Shown piece after piece: positions 1-10,684 of a stretch of DNA of 24,000 bases; position 1 is the first letter of the stretch, and each line of letters begins with the position of its first letter. The position numbers and the translations under genes were made by a program. The notes under the pieces are model-generated. The model saw only the letters and a list, made by a program, of their open reading frames with translations. It made no database searches and had not been told where the DNA came from. The stretch covers positions 10,013 to 34,012 of the forward strand of contig NYZO01000106.1 of the NCBI GenBank assembly GCA_002687185.1, read 5' to 3'. This stretch comes from an archaeon (lineage in GTDB: Archaea > Nanobdellota > Nanobdellia > SCGC-AAA011-G17 > GW2011-AR20).

Positions 1-525
1 TCTTATTACATTAATGACTGCTTCTTGATGTTTTCTTGCGTTTGAAATGAACTCTTCTGTTGTTAATTTAATAGTGTGTAGCTGTTTTGGTAAAATCTTT
101 TGTTTTTCTTTTATGTTTTTGTCTAATGTAGGAGTCCTTTTGTTTGGCAAAATGAGCATGAGATCAATATCAGACGCTCTTTCGTAATTCTTTACAGCTG
201 ATCCAAAAAAAACAATTATTCTTCCATCTTTGAAAAACGATCTAAACTCCTCTCTCCAGCGTTTGAACTCATTTGCCTCATCGATTAATAAAAATGTGAG
301 AAGCGCTTGTGTGTATTCATCTTTTATGTTTATCTTGTAAATAATTGATCTGCCTATCTTTTTTGCTAATAGTAAATTTTCTTTTTCTAGGCGTTTACAA
401 AGTTTTTGAGCACCTGCATGGCTAATCTTTAGATGCTTGCTTAACTGATGAGCATTATAGTAATTTGTGAAGTCTTTTAATAGGGTAAGTATTGCTTCTA
501 TTTCCTTTTGAGTGAGAGTTGCCAT
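1..525 (-). CDS. wHTH + minimal nucleotidyltransferase (MNT-like) protein; C-terminus runs off the window
   Basis: Not in the ORF track because no stop lies in the window. ATG at 525-523, open frame to position 1. My translation is MATLTQKEIEAILTLLKDFTNYYNAHQLSKHLKISHAGAQKLCKRLEKENLLLAKKIGRSIIYKI..., a winged-helix-like N-terminus. It is followed by IIVFFGSAVKNYERASDIDLMLI, which matches the GS-x(9-10)-D-x-D motif of minimal nucleotidyltransferases. Confidence 0.6.
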   Translation of the reverse strand, partial: MATLTQKEIEAILTLLKDFTNYYNAHQLSKHLKISHAGAQKLCKRLEKENLLLAKKIGRSIIYKINIKDEYTQALLTFLLIDEANEFKRWREEFRSFFKDGRIIVFFGSAVKNYERASDIDLMLILPNKRTPTLDKNIKEKQKILPKQLHTIKLTTEEFISNARKHQEAVINVIR

Positions 526-528
526 AGT

Positions 529-570
529 TACTTGTAGTTACTATATAGATACTTGAAGTTACTATATAAA
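529..570. repeat. Tandem 21-bp direct repeat carrying TATA-like cores, directly upstream of the wHTH-NTase start
   Basis: tacttgtagttactatataga (529-549) and tacttgaagttactatataaa (550-570) match at 19/21. AGTTACT occurs three times (526, 536, 557). On the minus strand each unit reads TTTATATAG or TCTATATAG. Confidence 0.6.
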
Positions 571-689
571 TGCTTCTTTTCTTTGCTGAATCTTAGTATT
601 AATTGGTTGGAAAATAATGTGTATGATGGACCTTGACGATAAAAAAACAGGCCGAAACAGTTAAAAACGCACTCTCTATTTGAAATATA

Positions 690-1904
690 ATGACAAATGA
701 TCAATCACCAGGCATTAGCATAGGACTTGTTGGACACGTAGATACAGGAAAAACAACACTCTGTGAAGCACTGAGCGGGAAATGGACTGACACGCATTCT
801 GAAGAACTTAAACGAGGAATTACAATTAGGCTTGGATACGTGGACGTTGGAGTATATCAAGACAACAAAACAAAAAAATATACTACTAAAAAACCCAAAG
901 ACGAGAAAACTGTTACGTTTAAACGAAATATCTCATTCATTGACGCGCCTGGACACGAAACTTTGATGGCTACAATGCTTTCAGGTGCTGCTATAATGGA
1001 CGCTGCATTACTCTTAGTTGCTGCAAACGAAACTTGTCCGCAACCGCAAACCCGTGAACATTTAATGGCTCTTGAAATTATTGGTATCAAAAACATAATC
1101 ATCGTACAAAATAAAATCGATCTGGTGTCTGAAAAAGATGCTAAAAAAAACTATAAAGAAATACAAAAATTCGTAAAAGACACACTCGCTGAAAAAGCGC
1201 CAATTATTCCAATATCTGCACAACATAATGTAAACATAGACGCTTTGATTGAAGCTATTGAAACTACAGTAAAAACGCCCACTCGAGATACAAAAAGAAA
1301 CCCAAGTTTCTTAGTTGCTAGAAGCTTTGATGTGAATAAACCAGGAACTACTATTTCTAAACTACAAGGTGGCGTGTTAGGTGGAAGTCTTCGAGCAGGA
1401 ACGTTTAAAATAAATGATGAAATTGAGATCCGACCAGGTCTTAAAAAAGATGGGCCGAAACCAGTGTGGGAGCCTGTTATCACAAAAATTGTTGGACTCA
1501 AAGCTAGTAATAAAGAAGTTAAAGCAATCACGCCTGGAGGATCTTCTGCAATACTTACAGACCTTGATCCAGTGTTCGTTAAATCAGACACGCTCGTTGG
1601 TAACTTGGCAGGTCTCAAAGGAAAAGTGCCCGAAGTATACTATGAACTTGTTTTAAAGCCGACATTGCTTGAAAGAGTGGTCGGTGTCAAAGATGATCTA
1701 TTAGTTGAAAACATTAAAGAAAAAGAGATGCTTATGCTTAACGTGAACGCGGCAGCAACTGTTGGAAACGTTACCTCAACTAAAAAAGGATTAATAACAA
1801 TACAACTTAAATTACCAGTAGCAATGGACAAAGGTGAGCGAGTGACCATATCAAGACAAGTAGGTGCCAGGTGGCGACTCATAGGGTATGGAGTTATGGC
1901 TTAA
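690..1904 (+). CDS. eif2g: Translation initiation factor aIF2 gamma subunit
   Basis: GTPase motifs GHVDTGKT, DAPGHE, NKID and SAQ. Length (404 aa) and domain II/III layout fit aIF2-gamma. A TTAAAAA element lies ~25 nt upstream of the ATG. Confidence 0.93.
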   Translation: MTNDQSPGISIGLVGHVDTGKTTLCEALSGKWTDTHSEELKRGITIRLGYVDVGVYQDNKTKKYTTKKPKDEKTVTFKRNISFIDAPGHETLMATMLSGAAIMDAALLLVAANETCPQPQTREHLMALEIIGIKNIIIVQNKIDLVSEKDAKKNYKEIQKFVKDTLAEKAPIIPISAQHNVNIDALIEAIETTVKTPTRDTKRNPSFLVARSFDVNKPGTTISKLQGGVLGGSLRAGTFKINDEIEIRPGLKKDGPKPVWEPVITKIVGLKASNKEVKAITPGGSSAILTDLDPVFVKSDTLVGNLAGLKGKVPEVYYELVLKPTLLERVVGVKDDLLVENIKEKEMLMLNVNAAATVGNVTSTKKGLITIQLKLPVAMDKGERVTISRQVGARWRLIGYGVMA

Positions 1905-1974
1905 GTTTAGTAGCAGTGTCTCTTTGAAAATGTTTGAAAAAGGGTATTTGTTATAGTATGTGCATAGAAAAATA

Positions 1975-3036
1975 ATGATAGATATTCAAATTTTTAATAA
2001 GATCGATCAAGCGCTCATGGGTATAGGTAAAGGATTAAAACCCCTCTCTTATTCTGAACCGACTAATGAACCAGAACAAAAAAGAAAATTCTTAGATGGA
2101 ACTATTCGTAATCCTAGTTTTTTGTATAAAGAACTTGAATACGATCCACAAGATGTTAAGGAAAGACTAAATGCTATTGAGATTCCTGACGGAAAATTAG
2201 GTAAGGTTTACGAGAAAAAAAGAAGGAACGCATTGCTTGAGAATAAAATTATTATACATAGAGGAGATGAAGATATTGTTAGAGAGTCTACGATTTTAAT
2301 GCACGGCTCTCCAGACCGTGAACTCGTTGAATATGCGGATTCGTTATTATTAAAAATTGATCCTATAATAATTAAAACCCCTCTTACGTCTGACATTGCG
2401 AGGGATGCGCTACAACAAGCCTTATATGGAAATGGTTTGACTGATTGGACGACTGAACTTTCAAAAAAGAAATCGACAACTGTGTATACTGGTGAGAAAA
2501 AAATGACTGTGTGTGAGGACAGAAAATTTTCTGAAGGCGCTATTAAAAGATTAAAAGTGCATGACATTATACATGCTCTAAGAGGTGCAAACGGCTACGC
2601 GCAACCGCTTAGTATATTTGTCCTTGGATTTCCAGGATACATGTCAACTGAGGAAGGACTTACCACATACTTTGAACAAATAACAGGTAATTCTAATGAC
2701 CAAATGAAAAGAGAATATGCAGCAAGAGTTATAGCTGTTGATTCAGTTTGTCAAGGTTTAAACTTTAGACGGGCTTTTAACAGATTGAAAGATTATGGTT
2801 TAACTGATAATAAAGCATGGGACACTGCGGTTAGAACATATAGAGCTGGTGGATATGTGAAAGATCATGTGTATCTTCAAGGGAATAGACTGATTTACGA
2901 ATTCGTAGAAAATGGTGGAGATATTAAAGAGCTATTTGTAGGCAAAATTGGAATTGATGATCTTCCATTAGTTAGAAGGCTTAGAGAAAAAGGAATAGTC
3001 AAAGAGCCAGTATACCTTCCAAGTTTTTTAGAGTAA
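1975..3036 (+). CDS. DUF1704 / MATCAP-like (QEGLA-motif family) putative metallocarboxypeptidase
   Basis: The track ORF starts at GTG 1960; the first ATG is at 1975. VHDIIHALRGANGYAQP followed by STEEGLTTYFEQ resembles the HEIxxHxxRxxNGxxQP ... QEGLA signature recalled for this family. The first His is followed by Asp rather than Glu. Function assigned from memory of motifs only. Confidence 0.5.
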   Translation: MIDIQIFNKIDQALMGIGKGLKPLSYSEPTNEPEQKRKFLDGTIRNPSFLYKELEYDPQDVKERLNAIEIPDGKLGKVYEKKRRNALLENKIIIHRGDEDIVRESTILMHGSPDRELVEYADSLLLKIDPIIIKTPLTSDIARDALQQALYGNGLTDWTTELSKKKSTTVYTGEKKMTVCEDRKFSEGAIKRLKVHDIIHALRGANGYAQPLSIFVLGFPGYMSTEEGLTTYFEQITGNSNDQMKREYAARVIAVDSVCQGLNFRRAFNRLKDYGLTDNKAWDTAVRTYRAGGYVKDHVYLQGNRLIYEFVENGGDIKELFVGKIGIDDLPLVRRLREKGIVKEPVYLPSFLE

Positions 3037-3049
3037 AGTTCTTTCTTAC

Positions 3050-3289
3050 TTAGTAAAACTCTTCCTCGTCAGAACCTGAACTCTCTTCTACAATTTCTTT
3101 AGGCTTTTCAACAGAACTTTTTTCAACCAAAGGACGCTCTAAAACAACCGAATCTTTAGAATCGTTTTTATTAACTTGACCGCTCAAATCAGTCAAACGC
3201 TCGTCAATTTTTTCTAATTTCCATTTAATCTGGTCAAACTCCTCTTTCACCTTAGCAAACGCTTTTTTTAACCGCTCTTCATCAATCAT
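3050..3289 (-). CDS. Small coiled-coil protein with acidic C-terminal tail (...SSGSDEEEFY), coupled to gyrA
   Basis: The track ORF is 3050..3316. An internal ATG at 3289 gives an 8-nt overlap (ATGATTGA) with the gyrA stop, suggesting translational coupling. No recognisable domain. Confidence 0.5.
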   Translation of the reverse strand: MIDEERLKKAFAKVKEEFDQIKWKLEKIDERLTDLSGQVNKNDSKDSVVLERPLVEKSSVEKPKEIVEESSGSDEEEFY

Positions 3290-6152
3290 TTTTATTCTCC
3301 TTATTGTTTGCATCACTTGTATGATGTATTATACGCGCGATACATTTTACTTTGTCCTCTTTTCTAAGCTTCATAATACGCACACCTTGAGTGCTACGGC
3401 CCATAGTACGTACACTGGATGTTGCAATACGTATAACAATACCCTTAGCACTGGTTATTAATAGTTCATCGTGATCCATCACTGTCTTTATACCAACAAC
3501 AGAACCGTTTCTCTCACTCGTCTTAATATTAGTAACACCTTTCCCACCGCGTTTAATCAACCGATATTGGTCCATATTTGTACGTTTTCCAAAGCCGTTC
3601 TCAGTTATCGTAAACAGTGTAGCATCAGTTCTTGCAACTTCCAAACCAATAACAGCATCACCCTCCTTTAAACGAATACCGCGAACACCGCTTGCAGTAC
3701 GACCCATTTTCCTAACATCAGTACTTTTAAACTTAATAGCCATACCTTTTTGAGTACATAACATAAACTGTAATTGCTCTGTACTCAAACGAGTTGTAAC
3801 TAACTGATCATCGCCACGTAAATTAATAGCACGAATACCACGCTTCATTGGACGAGAAAAAGAGGTAAGAGGGGTTTGTTTTAATACACCGTTTTTGGTG
3901 GCCATCATAACAGATACACGCTCGTAAAACTTAGCCACTGGTAACATTGCCGTAACTTTCTCGTCAGGTTGCATATTAATCAAATTAACCAAAGCCTTAC
4001 CACGACTGTAACGAGAGCTTTCAGGGATCTTATAAGTCTTTAACCAATGTACTCTGCCTTGATTAGTAAACAATAATATATAATAATGGCTGCTTGAAGT
4101 GAAAATCTGCTCAACAACGTCTTCGTCTTTAGTTTTAGAACTCATAATACCGACGCCGCCTCTATTTTGTTGTTTATATTCCTCTAAAGATAAACGTTTC
4201 AAATAACCGTCTCTTGTACACATAACAACAACGTTTTCTTCTGCAATCAAATCCTCTACCTCAAAATCTTCTTCTGAATCAATAACTTCAGTCCTGCGCT
4301 CGTCACCGTACTTGTCTCTTAACTCGGTTAACTCAGTCTTAATAATACCGTAACGACGATCTTTTGAACCTAAAATATCTTTTAATTCTGTAACAAGTTT
4401 GACTAATTCAGTTTTCTCGTCAGCTAGTTTCTTAGTTTCTAAGTTAGTTAACCTCTGTAAGCGCATATCGAGAATTGCTAAGCTTTGTTTTTCTGACAAT
4501 TTAAACTGTTCAATCAACCCAGTCTTTGCAACAACTGCGTCAGCGCTTGCTCTAATAAGTTTTACAACAGCGTCAATGTTTTGCAAAGCAATAAGCAGTC
4601 CATCAACGATATGCATCCGGTCTTCAGCCTTTTCTAATTCGAACTTAGTACGCCTTGTAACAACACTAAAACGATGTTTAATAAATTCCTCTAGTAAGCC
4701 TTTCAAACCCATAATCTTAGGCGCATTGTCAACAATAGATAACATGTTAGCACCGAATGTTACTTGTAGTTGCGTGTTTTTAAACAGCTGATTGACAATG
4801 ATCTCTTGGTTTTCGTTCTTTTTTAATTCAATAACAACACGCATTCCTTTGCGATCACTTTCGTCGCGGATATCACGGATACCCTCAATGCGTTTTTCTT
4901 TAACTAAATTAGCAATAGATTCTATCAATGTGGTTTTATTTACCGCGTACGGTATCTCGTCAATTATAACACGGTTTGGCTCAAACGACGTTTTACCCCT
5001 AACTCTAATCTTACCACGGCCAGTTTGGTACGCTTGAATAAGACCGGATCTCCCACAAATGATGCCGCCAGTAGGAAAATCAGGGCCAATGATCGTTTTA
5101 ATCAATTCGTCAACGTTAATATCAGGATTGTCGATCAACTGAATTGTCGTGTCAACAACGTTGGTCAAATTATGAGGAGGGATATTAGTAGCCATGCCAA
5201 CAGCAATGCCAGAAGTGCCATTAAGCAATAAATTAGGAACTTTTGCTGGCAGCACAGACGGTTCTTTTAAACTCTCGTCAAAGTTAGGTACAAATTTAAC
5301 TGTTTTCTTATCAATATCTTGCAGCATCTCTTCGGCAATACGGGTCATCTTTGCTTCAGTATATCTCTGGTGTGCAGCTGTATCCCCGTCTACCGAATTG
5401 TGGACAAACACCCCTGACGCTAAGGCAAAGTTATGGGTTCCGTCGATTGTAAGATCATAGACGTCTTCTTTTTGATTAAGGTACTCAACTCTTATTACTT
5501 TGTGATTGTGAAGTTTGGCTTGTTTTATTTTTAAGGACATAAGCGAATCATCTTTTTTTAGATTCTGAGCTTCCTTGTAAGAACCATCTCGTAACATAAA
5601 TCTATGATCGGGTGTACATTTGATCTCTTCTTTGTTATTTAAAGTTACTTTTATTAAAGATGCTGATTTTTTCGTCAAACGTGGCTTTTTTATTTCACCA
5701 GTTTGAACGAGTCCCTGGCCAGTTACTGTATAAGTATAATTCTTCTTTCCTTGATTGAATTCCTTTACTAAGTCTTTGAAGGATAATTTTCTTCCATCTG
5801 TTAATTCAACTTTTGTGTCACCTGTGAAACAACCGAAATTTCCTTGTCCGTTTACTAAGGGATAACGAAGAGAAAAATCTTGAGCCATTCTTACTAAAGC
5901 GTCATATACCGCAAGATCTCCGTGTGGATGAAAACGACCCAAAGTATCTCCGACGATCCTAGCACACTTTTTAAACGACTTATTTGGTTGCAGACCAAGT
6001 TTCAACATGGTATATAGTATCCTGCGGTGTACAGGTTTCAATCCGTCACGAACATCGGGCAAGGCACGAGACATGATAACAGACATGGCATAATCAATAT
6101 ACGCTTCTTTCATTTCGTCTTCAATCGGTTTGATAATTAAGTTTTCTGCCAT
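3282..6152 (-). CDS. gyrA: DNA gyrase subunit A, intein-containing precursor (956 aa; 811 aa after splicing)
   Basis: Motifs [25 protein letters not shown]...[17 protein letters not shown], plus C-terminal beta-pinwheel repeats. The GNFG/S junction is interrupted by an intein. Confidence 0.96.
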   Translation of the reverse strand: MAENLIIKPIEDEMKEAYIDYAMSVIMSRALPDVRDGLKPVHRRILYTMLKLGLQPNKSFKKCARIVGDTLGRFHPHGDLAVYDALVRMAQDFSLRYPLVNGQGNFGCFTGDTKVELTDGRKLSFKDLVKEFNQGKKNYTYTVTGQGLVQTGEIKKPRLTKKSASLIKVTLNNKEEIKCTPDHRFMLRDGSYKEAQNLKKDDSLMSLKIKQAKLHNHKVIRVEYLNQKEDVYDLTIDGTHNFALASGVFVHNSVDGDTAAHQRYTEAKMTRIAEEMLQDIDKKTVKFVPNFDESLKEPSVLPAKVPNLLLNGTSGIAVGMATNIPPHNLTNVVDTTIQLIDNPDINVDELIKTIIGPDFPTGGIICGRSGLIQAYQTGRGKIRVRGKTSFEPNRVIIDEIPYAVNKTTLIESIANLVKEKRIEGIRDIRDESDRKGMRVVIELKKNENQEIIVNQLFKNTQLQVTFGANMLSIVDNAPKIMGLKGLLEEFIKHRFSVVTRRTKFELEKAEDRMHIVDGLLIALQNIDAVVKLIRASADAVVAKTGLIEQFKLSEKQSLAILDMRLQRLTNLETKKLADEKTELVKLVTELKDILGSKDRRYGIIKTELTELRDKYGDERRTEVIDSEEDFEVEDLIAEENVVVMCTRDGYLKRLSLEEYKQQNRGGVGIMSSKTKDEDVVEQIFTSSSHYYILLFTNQGRVHWLKTYKIPESSRYSRGKALVNLINMQPDEKVTAMLPVAKFYERVSVMMATKNGVLKQTPLTSFSRPMKRGIRAINLRGDDQLVTTRLSTEQLQFMLCTQKGMAIKFKSTDVRKMGRTASGVRGIRLKEGDAVIGLEVARTDATLFTITENGFGKRTNMDQYRLIKRGGKGVTNIKTSERNGSVVGIKTVMDHDELLITSAKGIVIRIATSSVRTMGRSTQGVRIMKLRKEDKVKCIARIIHHTSDANNKENKND
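5397..5831 (-). mobile_element. Mini-intein (145 aa, no homing-endonuclease domain) in GyrA
   Basis: Begins CFTGDTKV (Cys1, codon 5831-5829). Block B is CTPDHRF (T-x-x-H), block F is [12 protein letters not shown]. It ends VFVHN (5399-5397) and is followed by Ser+1. Removing it restores the contiguous GQGNFG-SVDGD motif. Confidence 0.85.
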
Positions 6153-6153
6153 G

Positions 6154-8082
<1,929 letters not shown>

Positions 8083-8399
8083 TTACTAGCTGTATAGTGT
8101 TAACCAACAAATACATACTAGCTTTTCTAGGTAAAAATAATGGGCTTTTGTTTAAATAGTTTTCTGTGATAAACTGTACTCCTAAGGCGTGTAGAGGTGT
8201 TTTATAGAACTGTCGTATTACGTGGATGAGTCTTTATAAACAATATTGAAAATGGATACCTGTTAGTTCATAAAGAAAACAATATTGATAGCGTTAAAAG
8301 AAAAAGCACATCGGATTTTGGATACCCGGCCAGATCGGATAAAAAGCCCCTATTCTCATTCAGATTGCATCAACTAAATAAAGGATAAATTTGAAAAAA

Positions 8400-9149
8400 C
8401 TATCTCTTTTTTCGAGAATTCTTAAACAATTCTAACATCTCTTCTGGGAACGGGAACACGATCGTTGAGTTCTTTTCTGCTGCAATGTCTGCTAAAGTTT
8501 GATATAATCTTAATTTTAGTGCTGAAGGGGATGTGTCTATCATCTGTCCTGCTTCAACAAGCGCTTTTGAGGCTTGTTTTTCAGCTTGTGCTAAAATAAT
8601 ACGTGCTCGTCTTGTCCTCTCCGATTCGGCCTGGTTTGCCATAGCTCTTTTCATGTTATCTGGCAATTCAATATCTTTAATTTTCACGTCTGTAACTTTA
8701 ATGCCCCAAGGATCGGTTTCTTTATCAATAACTTCTTTGATTTTGAATCCGATTTCTTCACGCTTTGCTAATACTGTATCTAATTCCGCTTTACCGGCCA
8801 TGTCACGTAGCGCTGATTGTGCTAATTGTGATACTGCATACTGATACTGTTCAACTTCTAAAATTGCTTTTTCTGCGTTTAATACTTTAAAGAATACTAC
8901 TCCGTTTACTTTGATTGGTACATTATCTTGAGTCATAACTTCTTGTGACGGAATATCGGTTGTTATTACACGTACATCAACTTTTATTAATCGGTCAACT
9001 ATAGGAATGATCCATCTAAAACCTGGTTCTTTTATGCCTGTATATTTTCCAAGACGTAGTTTAACACCACGCTCGTACTGTTGTACTACACGAATACCAC
9101 TAAAGAAAAATAGAATGACTATACCTGCTAATGTGTATTCAAAGACCAT
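8400..9149 (-). CDS. SPFH/Band-7 (stomatin/prohibitin-like) membrane protein
   Basis: N-terminal TM segment, then a typical SPFH core (RVVQQYERGVKLRLGK...ITTDIPSQEVMTQDNVPIKVNGVVFFKV) and an Ala/Glu-rich coiled-coil tail. An oligo-T run follows the stop on the coding strand. Confidence 0.88.
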   Translation of the reverse strand: MVFEYTLAGIVILFFFSGIRVVQQYERGVKLRLGKYTGIKEPGFRWIIPIVDRLIKVDVRVITTDIPSQEVMTQDNVPIKVNGVVFFKVLNAEKAILEVEQYQYAVSQLAQSALRDMAGKAELDTVLAKREEIGFKIKEVIDKETDPWGIKVTDVKIKDIELPDNMKRAMANQAESERTRRARIILAQAEKQASKALVEAGQMIDTSPSALKLRLYQTLADIAAEKNSTIVFPFPEEMLELFKNSRKKR

Positions 9150-9325
9150 TATGTACTTATTGGTAAGATCTCCTTAAAAAGGTATTGAATTTCAGGACGG
9201 ATGTAGGTGAAAATTTTTTTTTGTATTCGGTAGCAATTGACTTTGCGTTGCGATACATCATAGTTATGGCCATACAGTCAAATAAACCTATGACTACGGC
9301 TCTTAGATAATCTTAATCAATAGAA

Positions 9326-9556
9326 TTACTTATTTTCTTTTGAAGCTTCTTTATTTGATTCTGAACTCTTCATTTCAACGTAATGGCACTTACCACAATA
9401 AGTTCTATCTTTGTGTTGTGCTAAGAAATAACCTGGACCGCAACGAGGGCACGTAGGTTTCCGATCAAGTTTACCGTCTGAAACCGAATATTTTTCCCAT
9501 AACTTACTTGGTACATGGTTCTTCAATTCTTTTTTTCCTTTTTCGTCTTTAGCCAT
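9326..9556 (-). CDS. rps27ae: Ribosomal protein S27ae (eS31)
   Basis: Zinc ribbon CPRCGPGYFLAQHKDRTYCGKC. It shares 1 nt (TAATG) with the S24e stop. Confidence 0.9.
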   Translation of the reverse strand: MAKDEKGKKELKNHVPSKLWEKYSVSDGKLDRKPTCPRCGPGYFLAQHKDRTYCGKCHYVEMKSSESNKEASKENK

Positions 9557-9924
9557 TATTGCGTCTTCTCCTCAGCCTTTTCTTCTTTAGGTGTTTCTTC
9601 TTTTGGCTTTGCTTCTGGTTTAGTTGCTTTTTCTTCTGCTGGTTTTGCATCAGCTTTTTCTTCTTTTTTCTTCTTTGGTGGTTCAACGCGCAAAAGCTCA
9701 TCTTTAGAACTATAAACAAAAGCATTAACCTCAACTTTGGACGCTCCGTACCGCTGATAAATTCCTTTGATACTAACAACCTCATCTTTTGCTTTACATT
9801 TTTTGGTAACTAAAGATAAAACTTCGTCTGTTTTCGGAGTCTTTTTCGTACCAGAGATTTCGAACGTATAATCAGTTCTTGACAATAACGGTTGTTTTTG
9901 TTGAGATCGAATTTTGATTTCCAT
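9556..9924 (-). CDS. rps24e: Ribosomal protein S24e (eS24) with Lys/Glu/Pro/Ala-rich C-terminal extension
   Basis: The N-terminal ~82 aa (MEIKIRSQQKQPLLSRTDYTFEISG...VNAFVYSSKDELLRVEP) is S24e-like. The conserved position between Spt4 and S27ae supports the call. Confidence 0.88.
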   Translation of the reverse strand: MEIKIRSQQKQPLLSRTDYTFEISGTKKTPKTDEVLSLVTKKCKAKDEVVSIKGIYQRYGASKVEVNAFVYSSKDELLRVEPPKKKKEEKADAKPAEEKATKPEAKPKEETPKEEKAEEKTQ

Positions 9925-9926
9925 TT

Positions 9927-10112
9927 TTATCTTGATTTGATTGCGTATTCACCGTCAGTAGTCATGTTCAATTGCTTTGCAATTTTTGATTTCTCTGCCT
10001 TCAAAACAAAAATACGACCTTTGAAACTATCACCAAACTGATGACCTTTACAAATAGGACAAGTGTCTTTGTCAACGAACAGTTTGCAGTTTTTACATAC
10101 TTTTCTAGCCAT
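9927..10112 (-). CDS. spt4: Transcription elongation factor Spt4 (RpoE'')
   Basis: Zinc ribbon CKNC...CPICK. I chose the start MARKVCKNC at 10112, which overlaps the rpoE' stop by 8 nt. The track's longer start at 10166 would lie inside rpoE'. Confidence 0.82.
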   Translation of the reverse strand: MARKVCKNCKLFVDKDTCPICKGHQFGDSFKGRIFVLKAEKSKIAKQLNMTTDGEYAIKSR

Positions 10113-10683
10113 TCTTTTTCTCCGGCGCTTTAGCCATCTTTTTAGCTTTCTTAATCTCATCTTCAATCCAAGAGAACGTGCCTAGTAACGGTTGTCTCAT
10201 GGTTAGACCTACTTTTGGATTGTTTAAATCTTTATATGATAATGCGATTATTCGAGCACGACATAAATCACCTACTTTCAATACTCGGTTTGATTCCTTG
10301 CCTGACAAAACATTACTTTTGCTAAAACTTACAAAATCATCCATTGCTTGAGATACATGAATCATCCCGTCAATTGGTCCTATATCAATGAACGCTCCAA
10401 AATCAGTAATATCTCGAATTTTGCCCCAAACTACTTCTTGTAATTCAGGTTTATATGTTAACACCTTAGCTTCAGTTTCATAATAACTTGCGCCGTCCCC
10501 TGGGATAACAATACCGTCGTTTACAGACACTACTTCAGTAACTGCAAAAATAATACCTATATCTTTAGATAATAAATTTTCAAAATTCTCGCTCAAACAC
10601 TCTGATACTGCGTCCTTTTTCTTCTTGTTTAAGAGTGCTGGCGGGACACGCACATGTGTTTTGATAGTGGTTTCGTAAAACAT
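10105..10683 (-). CDS. rpoE: DNA-directed RNA polymerase subunit E' (Rpo7), with S1 domain
   Basis: N-terminus MFYETTIKTHVRVPP plus a C-terminal S1 fold (GKIRDITDFGAFIDIGPIDGMIHVSQ). It sits in the conserved archaeal cluster. Confidence 0.9.
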   Translation of the reverse strand: MFYETTIKTHVRVPPALLNKKKKDAVSECLSENFENLLSKDIGIIFAVTEVVSVNDGIVIPGDGASYYETEAKVLTYKPELQEVVWGKIRDITDFGAFIDIGPIDGMIHVSQAMDDFVSFSKSNVLSGKESNRVLKVGDLCRARIIALSYKDLNNPKVGLTMRQPLLGTFSWIEDEIKKAKKMAKAPEKKNG

Positions 10684-10684
10684 T

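Noticed and set aside
857-1882. ORFs 857-1102(-), 1151-1618(-), 1414-1656(+) and 1640-1882(-) inside the aIF2-gamma gene
   Set aside because: Overlapping or antisense frames of a well-supported GTPase gene.
3471-5460. Five plus-strand ORFs (3471-3671, 4399-4791, 4792-5037, 5025-5231, 5194-5460) inside gyrA
   Set aside because: They are antisense shadow ORFs within a strongly supported gyrA reading frame. Their composition is low-complexity and Ser/Leu/Phe-rich, with no motifs.
8090-8399. 310-nt gene-free region between gyrB and the SPFH gene, with repeated ATCGGAT and GGATAC words and a possible 20-aa ORF
   Set aside because: The repeats are short and unstructured and the ORF has no ribosome-binding site or conservation signal. 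The region most likely holds just the gyrB promoter and the SPFH oligo-T terminator.
9515-9813. ORFs 9515-9715(+), 9549-9785(-) and 9559-9813(+) with poly-F/S or poly-K/R translations
   Set aside because: They are artefacts of the polypurine/polypyrimidine tract that encodes the S24e Lys/Glu-rich tail. The S24e frame is the one with a conserved fold and operon context.
9927-10166. Long form of Spt4 starting at 10166 (MKMRLRKLKRWLKRRRKR...)
   Set aside because: The extra 18 codons lie inside the rpoE' coding region. The start at 10112 (MARKVCKNC) gives a normal ~61-aa Spt4 and a typical 8-nt coupling overlap.
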